A stretch of 64,000 nucleotides of DNA from Oscillospiraceae bacterium (GTDB lineage Bacteria > Bacillota > Clostridia > UBA1381 > UBA9506), in the NCBI GenBank assembly GCA_015068905.1, contig SVJQ01000005.1:35746-99745 (forward strand), written 5' to 3'. Positions 1 through 7,082 of the stretch are shown in pieces (within the stretch, counting starts at the first letter, position 1; each line of letters begins with the position of its first letter). Below the pieces are notes generated by a model. That model did not search any database, was not told the DNA's origin, and was given only the letters and a program-made list of their open reading frames with translations. The translations under genes and the position numbers were made by a program.

Positions 1-433
1 GCTGCAGTCATTGGTTATGTTTATTCTTGGTTTGCTTGTGCTTGTGCCTCTGCAGGTTCCTTATGCACCCTTGATTGCGTTGCTTATTTCTATTACCAAC
101 ATGATTCCATACTTTGGCCCGTTTTTCGGAGCTGTTTTCTGTATTATTCTGGTGCTTTTTGACACCCAGAATTTGCTTCCGGCAGTGTGGGTTTTGGTGT
201 ATGTACTTGGTGCTCAGATTTTAGACAATGCAGTTATCGGCCCAAAAGTTGTGTCTGATCAGGTGGGTATCAGCCCGATTTTGGTTATTGCCGGTGTGGC
301 TCTGGGTGGCACCTTTGGTGGTGTGTTGGGAATGTTCCTGGGCGTTCCGATTGTTGCGGTAGTCAAGCTTGTATTCTATGATCCGTATATTGAAAGAAAG
401 TTAAAAGAACGACAGATTGATGTGAAAGAATAA
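1..433 (+). CDS. AI-2E family transporter / YtvI-like integral membrane protein, C-terminal fragment (5' end outside window)
   Basis: ORF is open to the window edge. The TM-rich tail with GPKVVSDQVGISP and GVPIVAVVK resembles UPF0118/AI-2E permeases. Confidence 0.6.
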   Translation, partial: LQSLVMFILGLLVLVPLQVPYAPLIALLISITNMIPYFGPFFGAVFCIILVLFDTQNLLPAVWVLVYVLGAQILDNAVIGPKVVSDQVGISPILVIAGVALGGTFGGVLGMFLGVPIVAVVKLVFYDPYIERKLKERQIDVKE

Positions 434-473
434 CATCCGAATGATTGTATATTAAAAAATATGGAAAAAGAAC

Positions 474-502
474 TTGCAAAGTATCAATTTATGTGCTATA
501 AT
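474..502 (+). promoter_or_regulatory. sigma-A type promoter upstream of rpmE
   Basis: TTGCAA (474-479), 17-nt spacer, TATAAT (497-502), about 40 nt before the rpmE ATG. Confidence 0.5.
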
Positions 503-540
503 TATTGCGTTATGCTAGATGGTTGAAAGAGGTGAAACAA

Positions 541-747
541 ATGAAAGAAGGAATTCATCCTAACTATACCGACACTACAATCAAGTGTGCTTGCGGTAAT
601 GTAATTGAAACAGGCTCTACAAAAGAAAATATCACTGTTGAAATTTGTTCTAAATGCCACCCGTTCTTTACAGGTAAGCAGAAGCTGGTAGACACCGGCG
701 GTCGTGTTGAAAAGTTCAGAAAGCGGTTTGGTCTCAAAGAACAGTAA
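541..747 (+). CDS. rpmE: 50S ribosomal protein L31
   Basis: MKEGIHPNY...CxC...[13 protein letters not shown] is the L31 signature. GAGGTG RBS precedes the ATG at 541 (the ORF track start at 505 is upstream of the RBS). Confidence 0.95.
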   Translation: MKEGIHPNYTDTTIKCACGNVIETGSTKENITVEICSKCHPFFTGKQKLVDTGGRVEKFRKRFGLKEQ

Positions 748-801
748 GTTTTTTGACGTGCTATGGTACCCTTGTAAGAGAATTGATGGAGGTAAGTGCA
801 A

Positions 802-1044
802 ATGGATACTTTGCAGCTGGTTGTGCAGATTCTGCATATTATCATTACAATCATCCTGATTGCCGTTGTTCTGTTACAGTCCGGAAAGCAAGCCGGATTA
901 TCGGGCTCTATTGCTGGCGGTTCTGAAACCTTTTTCGGCAAGAACAAGGGCAGAACCATTGACGCAATCTTGGGCAAATGGACATCAGTTGTTGCCGTTT
1001 TATTTTTGGTAACATCTATTGTATTATTCCTGCTTGGTAAATAA
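802..1044 (+). CDS. secG: preprotein translocase subunit SecG
   Basis: About 80-aa two-TM protein with LLQSGKQAGLSGSIAGG, typical of SecG. GGAGG at 788-792 favours the ATG at 802 over the GTG at 796. Confidence 0.85.
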   Translation: MDTLQLVVQILHIIITIILIAVVLLQSGKQAGLSGSIAGGSETFFGKNKGRTIDAILGKWTSVVAVLFLVTSIVLFLLGK

Positions 1045-1086
1045 TGCAAATCTGATGATGCAGGGTTTAGGTTGATAAGAAGAGAA

Positions 1087-1122
1087 AAAACCGTGCGTTT
1101 TTGGCGTGCGGTTTTTCTTTTT
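1087..1122 (+). terminator. rho-independent terminator after secG
   Basis: AAAACCGTGCG / CGTGCGGTTTT stem (two G-U pairs) followed by a T-run. Confidence 0.6.
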
Positions 1123-1238
1123 GTTATCAAAAAATGAGCAATCTGTGAAATTATCTTTAATTTGGGGTTGCTTTTTTATCTATTTTCGTTTAAACTATAA
1201 TTATACTATCTATACTAATGTAAATATGGAGGCTTATT

Positions 1239-1796
1239 ATGATTTCAGCAGGCGAGTTCAGAAATGGCGTAACCTTTGAATTTGAAGGCAATGTTTTTCA
1301 GGTTGTAGAATTCCAGCATGTAAAACCCGGTAAGGGTGCTGCTTTTGTCAGAACCAAACTGAAAAACGTTATTACAGGCGGCGTGGTTGAAAAAACCTTC
1401 CGTCCTACCGAAAAATTACCCAAGGCTCATATTGAGAGAAAGAACATGGCTTATTCTTACAGCGATGGCGACCTGTTCTATTTTATGGACAATGAAACCT
1501 TCGATATGATGCCCCTTTCTCAGGATCAGTTGGGTGATGCACTTAAGTTTGTTACAGAGAACATGAACGTAACCGTTCTGTCCTACAAGGGTTCTGTGTT
1601 CGGCGTTGAGCCCCCGACCTTTGTTGAACTGACCGTTACCGATACTGAGCCCGGCTTTAAAGGCGATACCAGTACAGGTGCTACCAAACCTGCTACCTTA
1701 GAGTCCGGTGCTACCATTAACGTACCCTTATTCGTTGATCAGGGTGACACCATTCGCGTTGACACCAGAACAGGCGAATACATGGAACGTGTTTAA
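1239..1796 (+). CDS. efp: elongation factor P
   Basis: Full-length EF-P-like sequence (FRNG..., [16 protein letters not shown]). GGAGG RBS. Confidence 0.95.
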   Translation: MISAGEFRNGVTFEFEGNVFQVVEFQHVKPGKGAAFVRTKLKNVITGGVVEKTFRPTEKLPKAHIERKNMAYSYSDGDLFYFMDNETFDMMPLSQDQLGDALKFVTENMNVTVLSYKGSVFGVEPPTFVELTVTDTEPGFKGDTSTGATKPATLESGATINVPLFVDQGDTIRVDTRTGEYMERV

Positions 1797-1870
1797 TCTT
1801 TAAAATTTACTCCCTGTGGTTATAAACCGGCAGATGCCGGGCTATAATTACCAGGAAAGGAAGTGTAAAT

Positions 1871-2281
1871 ATGGCTTATTTATCCGAAAAAGCAGCTTAT
1901 TTAAAAGGTCTTGCTGACGGCATGAAGCTGGCTGAAAAAAGCGATGAAGGTATGATGATTACCAAACTCATTGCTATGCTTGAAGATGTTGCAGCAAGCG
2001 TTGATGAAATGGATGCTGTGCTTGATGAGTATGATGAGCGTCTTGACGATTTAGAAGCGTTTGCAACCGACGTATCAGAAGCTTGCAGCGGTCACGAGTG
2101 TGATTGCGACTGCGATTGCGACTGTGAAGATGAGGAAGACGAATATGATGATCTGGAATTCTACGAAGTAGAATGCCCTCATTGTAAAGAAAAGGTTTAC
2201 TTTGATGAAGACATGATGGACAGTGATGATTTGATTTGTCCAAATTGTAATAAGTCAATCGAAATCGAAATTGATGCATAA
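1871..2281 (+). CDS. acidic zinc-ribbon protein with (Cys-Asp)4 repeat (resembles the clostridial family labelled CD1247 N-terminal domain-containing protein)
   Basis: Coiled acidic N-terminus, CDCDCDCDCE tract, then CPHC...CPNC zinc ribbon. Sits directly after efp. Confidence 0.5.
   Translation: MAYLSEKAAYLKGLADGMKLAEKSDEGMMITKLIAMLEDVAASVDEMDAVLDEYDERLDDLEAFATDVSEACSGHECDCDCDCDCEDEEDEYDDLEFYEVECPHCKEKVYFDEDMMDSDDLICPNCNKSIEIEIDA
2099..2128 (+). repeat. hexanucleotide repeat (TGYGAY)x5 encoding CDCDCDCDCE
   Basis: tgtgat tgcgac tgcgat tgcgac tgtgaa, read directly in frame. Confidence 0.9.
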
Positions 2282-2285
2282 TTAA

Positions 2286-2318
2286 AAATAACCCTGCAAA
2301 GCAGGGTTATTTTTTTTA
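2286..2318. terminator. bidirectional terminator between convergent genes
   Basis: AACCCTGC-aaa-GCAGGGTT stem with an A-run upstream and a T-run downstream. Confidence 0.7.
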
Positions 2319-2720
2319 TCTGTTTTTTAAGATTTCTTCAACCTGTGAAGCCATATAGCCCACAATGTCGTTACAGAGCTTTTTGCCCTTTCCCTCGGGT
2401 GAGGCAAGAATTTCCCGACACAGGGTAGTGTGGTATGCATTTTCAAATATCTCAGCAATTTGCTTAGCTCTTTGTCGGTTTGCTGCTTTATCTTCCGGTA
2501 CCGGCGGTACAGAGCCGGATTCAGACAGCCCTAAAACCATCAGCGCACCGGTCAGGGCGCCGCAGGTTTCACCACGCGCCATACCGCCGCCAAAGGGCAG
2601 AGCAATTTTTGCTGCAAGCTCCTTTGAAAGCCCCAGCTCTTCAGAAAAAGCAAGGAGCACAGCCTGAGCACAGTTGCAACCCTGTTCGTGATAGCTTTTT
2701 GCAAGTTGTTCTTTTGTCAT
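2316..2720 (-). CDS. C_GCAxxG_C_C family (putative redox-active) protein
   Basis: GCNCAQAV and ETCGALTGA motifs. GGAGGAAG RBS precedes the ATG at 2720, whose start overlaps the trmB stop. Confidence 0.8.
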   Translation of the reverse strand: MTKEQLAKSYHEQGCNCAQAVLLAFSEELGLSKELAAKIALPFGGGMARGETCGALTGALMVLGLSESGSVPPVPEDKAANRQRAKQIAEIFENAYHTTLCREILASPEGKGKKLCNDIVGYMASQVEEILKNR

Positions 2721-3376
2721 TTTTCTTCCTCCTTGTTCTGTCTGAAGACCGCTTCGCAACGGTAAATGGGCTGATCTTGCTCAGAAAACAGCTTTTCATA
2801 CTCGGTCATCACGTTGTCTGAATAGTCTGAATTATGCAGGTCAAAGGTAATGTTTTTAAGCTTCATATCATAATCTGCAAAAGAGTTAAGAGAGAACTCG
2901 AACAGGTTTTTGTTGTCAGTTTTAAAATGGATTTCTCCGTTTTTGCAGAGCAGCTTTTCCCAAAGCATTAAATGCTGTTCGTGTGTGAGTCTTCGCCGCC
3001 GATAGCTGTTTTTATGCCACGGGTCACAGAAATTTATGTAAATGACCTCGCATTTTGTTTCTGTTTCAATGTCCCGCAATAGATTTGCATCACCATGCAG
3101 AAATTTTACGTTAGAAAGACCGGCATTCTGTATCTTTTCAGCCGCTAAAATTAAAACGTTCGAGTTTTTTTCAACGGCAAGAAAGTTGATTTCAGGGTGT
3201 TTTTTGGCAGTCTCTAAAATAAAGCCGCCTTTGCCGCAGCCAACTTCCATCCGTAAGGGGTTATCGTTTGGAAAAATGCGTTTTATATCGCCGTCTAATT
3301 CCTTGATATCAGTCAGAATAATATCTGAGCAAACATCCATTCTTTCTTTTAAATGCTTTTTTCTTCTCATCCGCAT
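2717..3376 (-). CDS. trmB: tRNA (guanine-N7)-methyltransferase
   Basis: MEVGCGKGGF SAM motif, DPWHK, and overall TrmB length and order. Confidence 0.9.
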   Translation of the reverse strand: MRMRRKKHLKERMDVCSDIILTDIKELDGDIKRIFPNDNPLRMEVGCGKGGFILETAKKHPEINFLAVEKNSNVLILAAEKIQNAGLSNVKFLHGDANLLRDIETETKCEVIYINFCDPWHKNSYRRRRLTHEQHLMLWEKLLCKNGEIHFKTDNKNLFEFSLNSFADYDMKLKNITFDLHNSDYSDNVMTEYEKLFSEQDQPIYRCEAVFRQNKEEEK

Positions 3377-3408
3377 TTTTTGAGAATCTCCTTTAACGTA
3401 ATGCCAAT

Positions 3409-3437
3409 ATTATACTATAAACCTATGTAAATATCAA
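3409..3437 (-). promoter_or_regulatory. sigma-A type promoter for trmB
   Basis: On the minus strand: TTGATA, 17 nt, TATAAT. Confidence 0.45.
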
Positions 3438-3440
3438 TAG

Positions 3441-3469
3441 TTGTAATTTAATGTTTTTTTTGTTATAAT
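3441..3469 (+). promoter_or_regulatory. sigma-A type promoter (extended -10) facing the DUF559 element
   Basis: TTGTAA, 17 nt, TGtTATAAT. No ORF follows until 3720. Confidence 0.4.
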
Positions 3470-3596
3470 TGGTATGTAATAGTTGTATTTTGTAAATTTT
3501 TACGGATTGAAAAGTCAACAAGCATCTTTAAATATAAATGAATTTTGAGGAATGTATGTAATTTATCATTGCTTGAATGAATGTTTTTGGTCTTGA

Positions 3597-4218
3597 TTTA
3601 GGATGAGACTATAAAGACTGTCGAATGTTGTCGAAATCAAAAAAGCATCCCTTGCAAAGCCCTCCTTGCCTAAAGGAGGGGGGACCGTCGTAGACGGTGG
3701 GAGGATTCAGGAGGGATACATGGAGAGAAAACATAATACAGAATTAACAAATAACGCAAGAACGTTGAGAAAGAATATGACAAGAGAGGAACGACATCTT
3801 TGGTATGATTTCTTGAAAAGGTATCCTATTAGATTTTTACGACAAAAAGTAATTGATAATTATATTGTTGATTTTTATTGTCATAGTGCGAGGTTGATAA
3901 TTGAGCTTGATGGCTCACAACATTACGAAGAAAAAGGATTACTGAAAGACAAAATCAGAACTGAAAGAATAGAACAACGAAATCTAACAATTATTCGAAT
4001 ACCTAACAATGAGGTTAACAGAAATTTTGAGGGAGTTTGTCAATATATTGATATTGCAGTAAAAGAATCCCTCCGTCAGCCTGCGGCTGACACCTCCCAT
4101 GAATCCCCCAGTCAACTTCGTTGACAGCCCCCTTTAGGCAAGGGGGCCGATGGCAAGGGTGGCTTTGATGCTTGGCATCTAGATTATACAGTCTTTATAT
4201 AAAGATTTCATCAAATAG
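3597..4218 (+). mobile_element. TIR-bounded cassette carrying a DUF559 endonuclease gene (putative mobile/selfish element)
   Basis: The left arm 3597-3716 aligns by eye with the reverse complement of the right arm 4067-4218. The arms are GC-rich hairpin arrays embedded in AT-rich intergenic DNA. Confidence 0.5.
3720..4124 (+). CDS. DUF559 domain (Vsr-like fold) endonuclease
   Basis: RKNMTREERHLWY...FLRQKVIDNYIVDFYC...IELDGSQH...D..R is typical of DUF559. ATG at 3720 is preceded by GGAGGG. The C-terminal tail is encoded by the right repeat arm. Confidence 0.85.
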   Translation: MERKHNTELTNNARTLRKNMTREERHLWYDFLKRYPIRFLRQKVIDNYIVDFYCHSARLIIELDGSQHYEEKGLLKDKIRTERIEQRNLTIIRIPNNEVNRNFEGVCQYIDIAVKESLRQPAADTSHESPSQLR

Positions 4219-4413
4219 ATGAAATCAATGAAAAGTGAATAATGAATAGTGAAGAATTAAGGAACAAATGCTCTGCATTTGAATTAAAAGAAAATCGCAT
4301 TGCGATTTTCTACCACAATTATTCATCATTCATTATTAATCATTCATTTTATAAGTGGCATCTAAATTATGAAGTTTTTATAATACAAACAAAATTAAAA
4401 AGGAGAAAAAATT

Positions 4414-4970
4414 ATGGACAAGTGTTACACAATTGATATTGCGGGGCTGAAGAGAGATTTACCCCTTTGCCCTCTGAATGAGAATTTGTATATTGGCGCC
4501 TATATTATGTTTGGTGATGTTGAAATAACCAAGCATTCAGCGAAGAAGCTTTTAGAGCTGGCGCCGGAATTTGATGTGCTTATCACCGCAGAGTGTAAGG
4601 GCATTCCGCTTTTGTATGAAATGGCAAGACAGTCAGGTAATAACTATTATATTGTTGCCAGAAAAGGCCCTAAGCTTTACATGAAGAACGTTATCACGAC
4701 CCAGGTGGATTCAATCACCACAGACCATGTGCAGACCCTGTGCATTGGTGAAAGTGAAGCGGAAGCTATGCGCGGCAAGAGAGTTTTGATTGTGGATGAT
4801 GTTATCAGCACAGGCGAGTCTTTGGCGGCACTGGAACTGCTTATTAATCAGGTTGGCGGTATATTGTGGGCAAAATGGCGGTTTTAGCTGAGGGTGATGC
4901 CATTAGCCGCAAAGATATTACATATTTAGCGCCCTTGCCGTTGTTTGATGGGGAAGGAAACGCAATTTAA
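4414..4970 (+). pseudogene. phosphoribosyltransferase (adenine-PRT-like), reading frame broken near 4860
   Basis: PRPP motif VLIVDDVISTGES. Frame 1 stops at 4887 after ...GGILWAKWRF. The -1 frame continues as IVGKMAVLAEGDAISRKDITYLAPLPLFDGEGNAI to the stop at 4968-4970. Confidence 0.7.
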
Positions 4971-5028
4971 CAGAGTTTTTCTGCTTGATGTGCGTGAGAA
5001 AAATGATATTCTCCGCCGGCGAAAATTG

Positions 5029-5057
5029 TTGACTTTTGTATGCTGATATGTTATAAT
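5029..5057 (+). promoter_or_regulatory. sigma-A type promoter for xpt
   Basis: TTGACT, 17 nt, TATAAT. Confidence 0.6.
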
Positions 5058-5096
5058 TTGCTAAGTAGTATGTAAGTTTTTTGGGGGGGAGCCGTT

Positions 5097-5669
5097 ATTA
5101 AAGCACTGGAAGAAAAAATTTTAAGAGACGGTACGGTTTTGCCCGGCGATATACTGAAAGTAGATTGCTTTTTAAACCATTCTGTTGATGTTCCGTTCAT
5201 TATGGAGATGGGTAAGGAAATTGCCAGACTTTTTGAAAACACAGGTGTCAATAAAATTCTGACAATCGAGACATCGGGGATTCCCGTTGCGTTTGCCTGC
5301 GCTCAGTTTATGGGCGTTCCTATGGTTTTTGTGAAGAAAAGTAAATCAAGCAACATTTCAGATACAGTTTATTCATCACGGGTTACATCTTTTACGAAAA
5401 AGAATGTGTATGATGCCGTGGTAAGTAAAGAATTTTTAGGAAAAGATGACCGCGTTTTGGTCATTGATGATTTTCTTGCAAAAGGAAATGCACTAAACGG
5501 TCTTATGCACATTATCGAGCAGGCAGGGGCGAGCCTTGTGGGCTGTGCCATTGCTATTGAGAAGGGCTTTCAGGGTGGTGGCGATGAGCTGAGAGCTAAG
5601 GGAATCAGAGTCGAATCCTTAGCAATCATTGATTCTATGACTGATACAAGCTTGACCTTCAGAAAGTAA
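5097..5669 (+). CDS. xpt: xanthine phosphoribosyltransferase
   Basis: ILKVDCFLNHSVD, TIETSGI and VLVIDDFLAKGNA match Xpt. The conserved N-terminus (IKALEEKILRDGTVL) extends to an ATT codon at 5097, 5 nt after GGGGGGGAG. The first listed start (TTG at 5139) would truncate it. Confidence 0.8.
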   Translation: MKALEEKILRDGTVLPGDILKVDCFLNHSVDVPFIMEMGKEIARLFENTGVNKILTIETSGIPVAFACAQFMGVPMVFVKKSKSSNISDTVYSSRVTSFTKKNVYDAVVSKEFLGKDDRVLVIDDFLAKGNALNGLMHIIEQAGASLVGCAIAIEKGFQGGGDELRAKGIRVESLAIIDSMTDTSLTFRK

Positions 5670-5730
5670 TGCAGTATGTAATTTTATTTACATAAATATT
5701 AAAATTTGCCGAAAGGCAGGGAGGGTAAAA

Positions 5731-6951
5731 ATGAAAAAAATTATTTCATTTCTTCTCGTTGCAGTAATGCTCGTAGCATCTTTATGCATGTTTACCGCTT
5801 GCAGCAACGAAAAAACCGATGGCACAACCGTTTCAGAAGATTTCAAAATTGGCTTCATTTTCTTGCACGATGAAAACTCAACATACGACAAGAACTTCTT
5901 AGAAGCAGCAGAAGCAGCAACTGCTGAGCTTGGTCTCAAGCCCGAGCAGGTTATCTTCAAGACCAACATTCCTGAAGGTAATGAATGCTACGAAGCAGCA
6001 GCAGATCTCGCTGACCAGGGCTGTAACATCGTGTTTGCCAACAGCTTTGGCCATGAGCCCTACATGTTAAAGGCAGCTAAAGAATTCCCCGAAGTTGAAT
6101 TCTGCCATGCTACTGGTACAACTGCTCATACTGAAAACGTTCCTAACTTCCACAATGCTTTCGCATCTATCTACGAAGGCAGATATCTTGCAGGTATTGC
6201 TGCAGGTATGAAGCTGAACGAAATGATTGAAAGCGGCAAAATCACTGCTGATCAGGCTAAAATGGGTTATGTAGGTGCGTTCACTTACGCAGAAGTTATT
6301 TCCGGTTACACTTCCTTCTACCTGGGTGCTAAATCCGTTTGCCCCAGCGTTACTATGGAAGTACAGTTCACCGGCAGCTGGTATGACGAAGCTTTAGAAA
6401 AAGAAGCTGCTACCAAACTGTTAGCTAACAACTGTGTACTCATCAGCCAGCATGCTGACTCTATGGGTGCTCCCACAGCTTGTGAAAATGCAGGTGTTCC
6501 CAACGTATCTTACAACGGCAGCACAAAGGATGCTTGCCCCAACACCTTCATCATTTCTTCCAGAATTGACTGGGCTCCTTACTTCAAATACATCATCAAT
6601 GCTAACTTAGCAGGCGAGGCTATTAAGGCTGACTGGTGCGAAGGTTTCGAAGTTGGCTCCGTTAAACTGACCGACATCAACGAAGCTGTTGCAGCTCCCG
6701 GCACTAAGGAAGCTATTGAAGATGCTAAAGCTAAGCTCATCGCTGGCGAAATCAAAGTATTTGATGCAAGCACCTTCACTGTTGAAGGCAAAGCACTTGA
6801 TTCTTACAAAGCAGACGTTGATACCGACGCTGACTTTACTCCTGATACCGAAGCTATTGCTGATGGTTACTTCCATGAATCCGAATTCCGTTCAGCTCCT
6901 TACTTCGATGTTAATATTGATGGTATCACACTGTTAAACAGCATGTTCTAA
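5731..6951 (+). CDS. BMP family (PnrA/Med-like) nucleoside-binding lipoprotein of an ABC importer
   Basis: Signal peptide with lipobox-like FTAC. BMP-family motifs. Followed by a cognate ATPase and two permeases. Confidence 0.85.
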   Translation: MKKIISFLLVAVMLVASLCMFTACSNEKTDGTTVSEDFKIGFIFLHDENSTYDKNFLEAAEAATAELGLKPEQVIFKTNIPEGNECYEAAADLADQGCNIVFANSFGHEPYMLKAAKEFPEVEFCHATGTTAHTENVPNFHNAFASIYEGRYLAGIAAGMKLNEMIESGKITADQAKMGYVGAFTYAEVISGYTSFYLGAKSVCPSVTMEVQFTGSWYDEALEKEAATKLLANNCVLISQHADSMGAPTACENAGVPNVSYNGSTKDACPNTFIISSRIDWAPYFKYIINANLAGEAIKADWCEGFEVGSVKLTDINEAVAAPGTKEAIEDAKAKLIAGEIKVFDASTFTVEGKALDSYKADVDTDADFTPDTEAIADGYFHESEFRSAPYFDVNIDGITLLNSMF

Positions 6952-7082
6952 TTTAATTAACCGCATAGGGTGGGGATTTATCTCCACCCTATATTAGGTT
7001 TATACCTTATGTTTTTTTATAAGCAAATTAAGCAGGTGTGTTTATAAAAAAACATAAGAATATATAAAGAGTGGGGAATTGT

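Noticed and set aside
564-1130. 188-aa ORF antisense to rpmE/secG. Similar long antisense ORFs occur at 14009-14464, 20417-20893, 22426-22986, 37007-37447 and 61866-62342, among others.
   Set aside because: Each lies fully opposite a strongly supported conserved gene, lacks an RBS and has low-complexity or unusual composition. They are typical shadow ORFs.
4242-4436. 64-aa ORF upstream of the PRT gene.
   Set aside because: It is an AT-rich low-complexity translation with no RBS, and it overlaps the RBS and start of the real gene at 4414.
4971-5096. Purine/guanine riboswitch upstream of xpt or of the first PRT gene (4219-4413).
   Set aside because: The consensus promoter at 5029-5057 leaves only about 35 nt of leader, too short for an aptamer. 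I saw no UAUAAU...CCGUAAA-type purine-aptamer core in either spacer.
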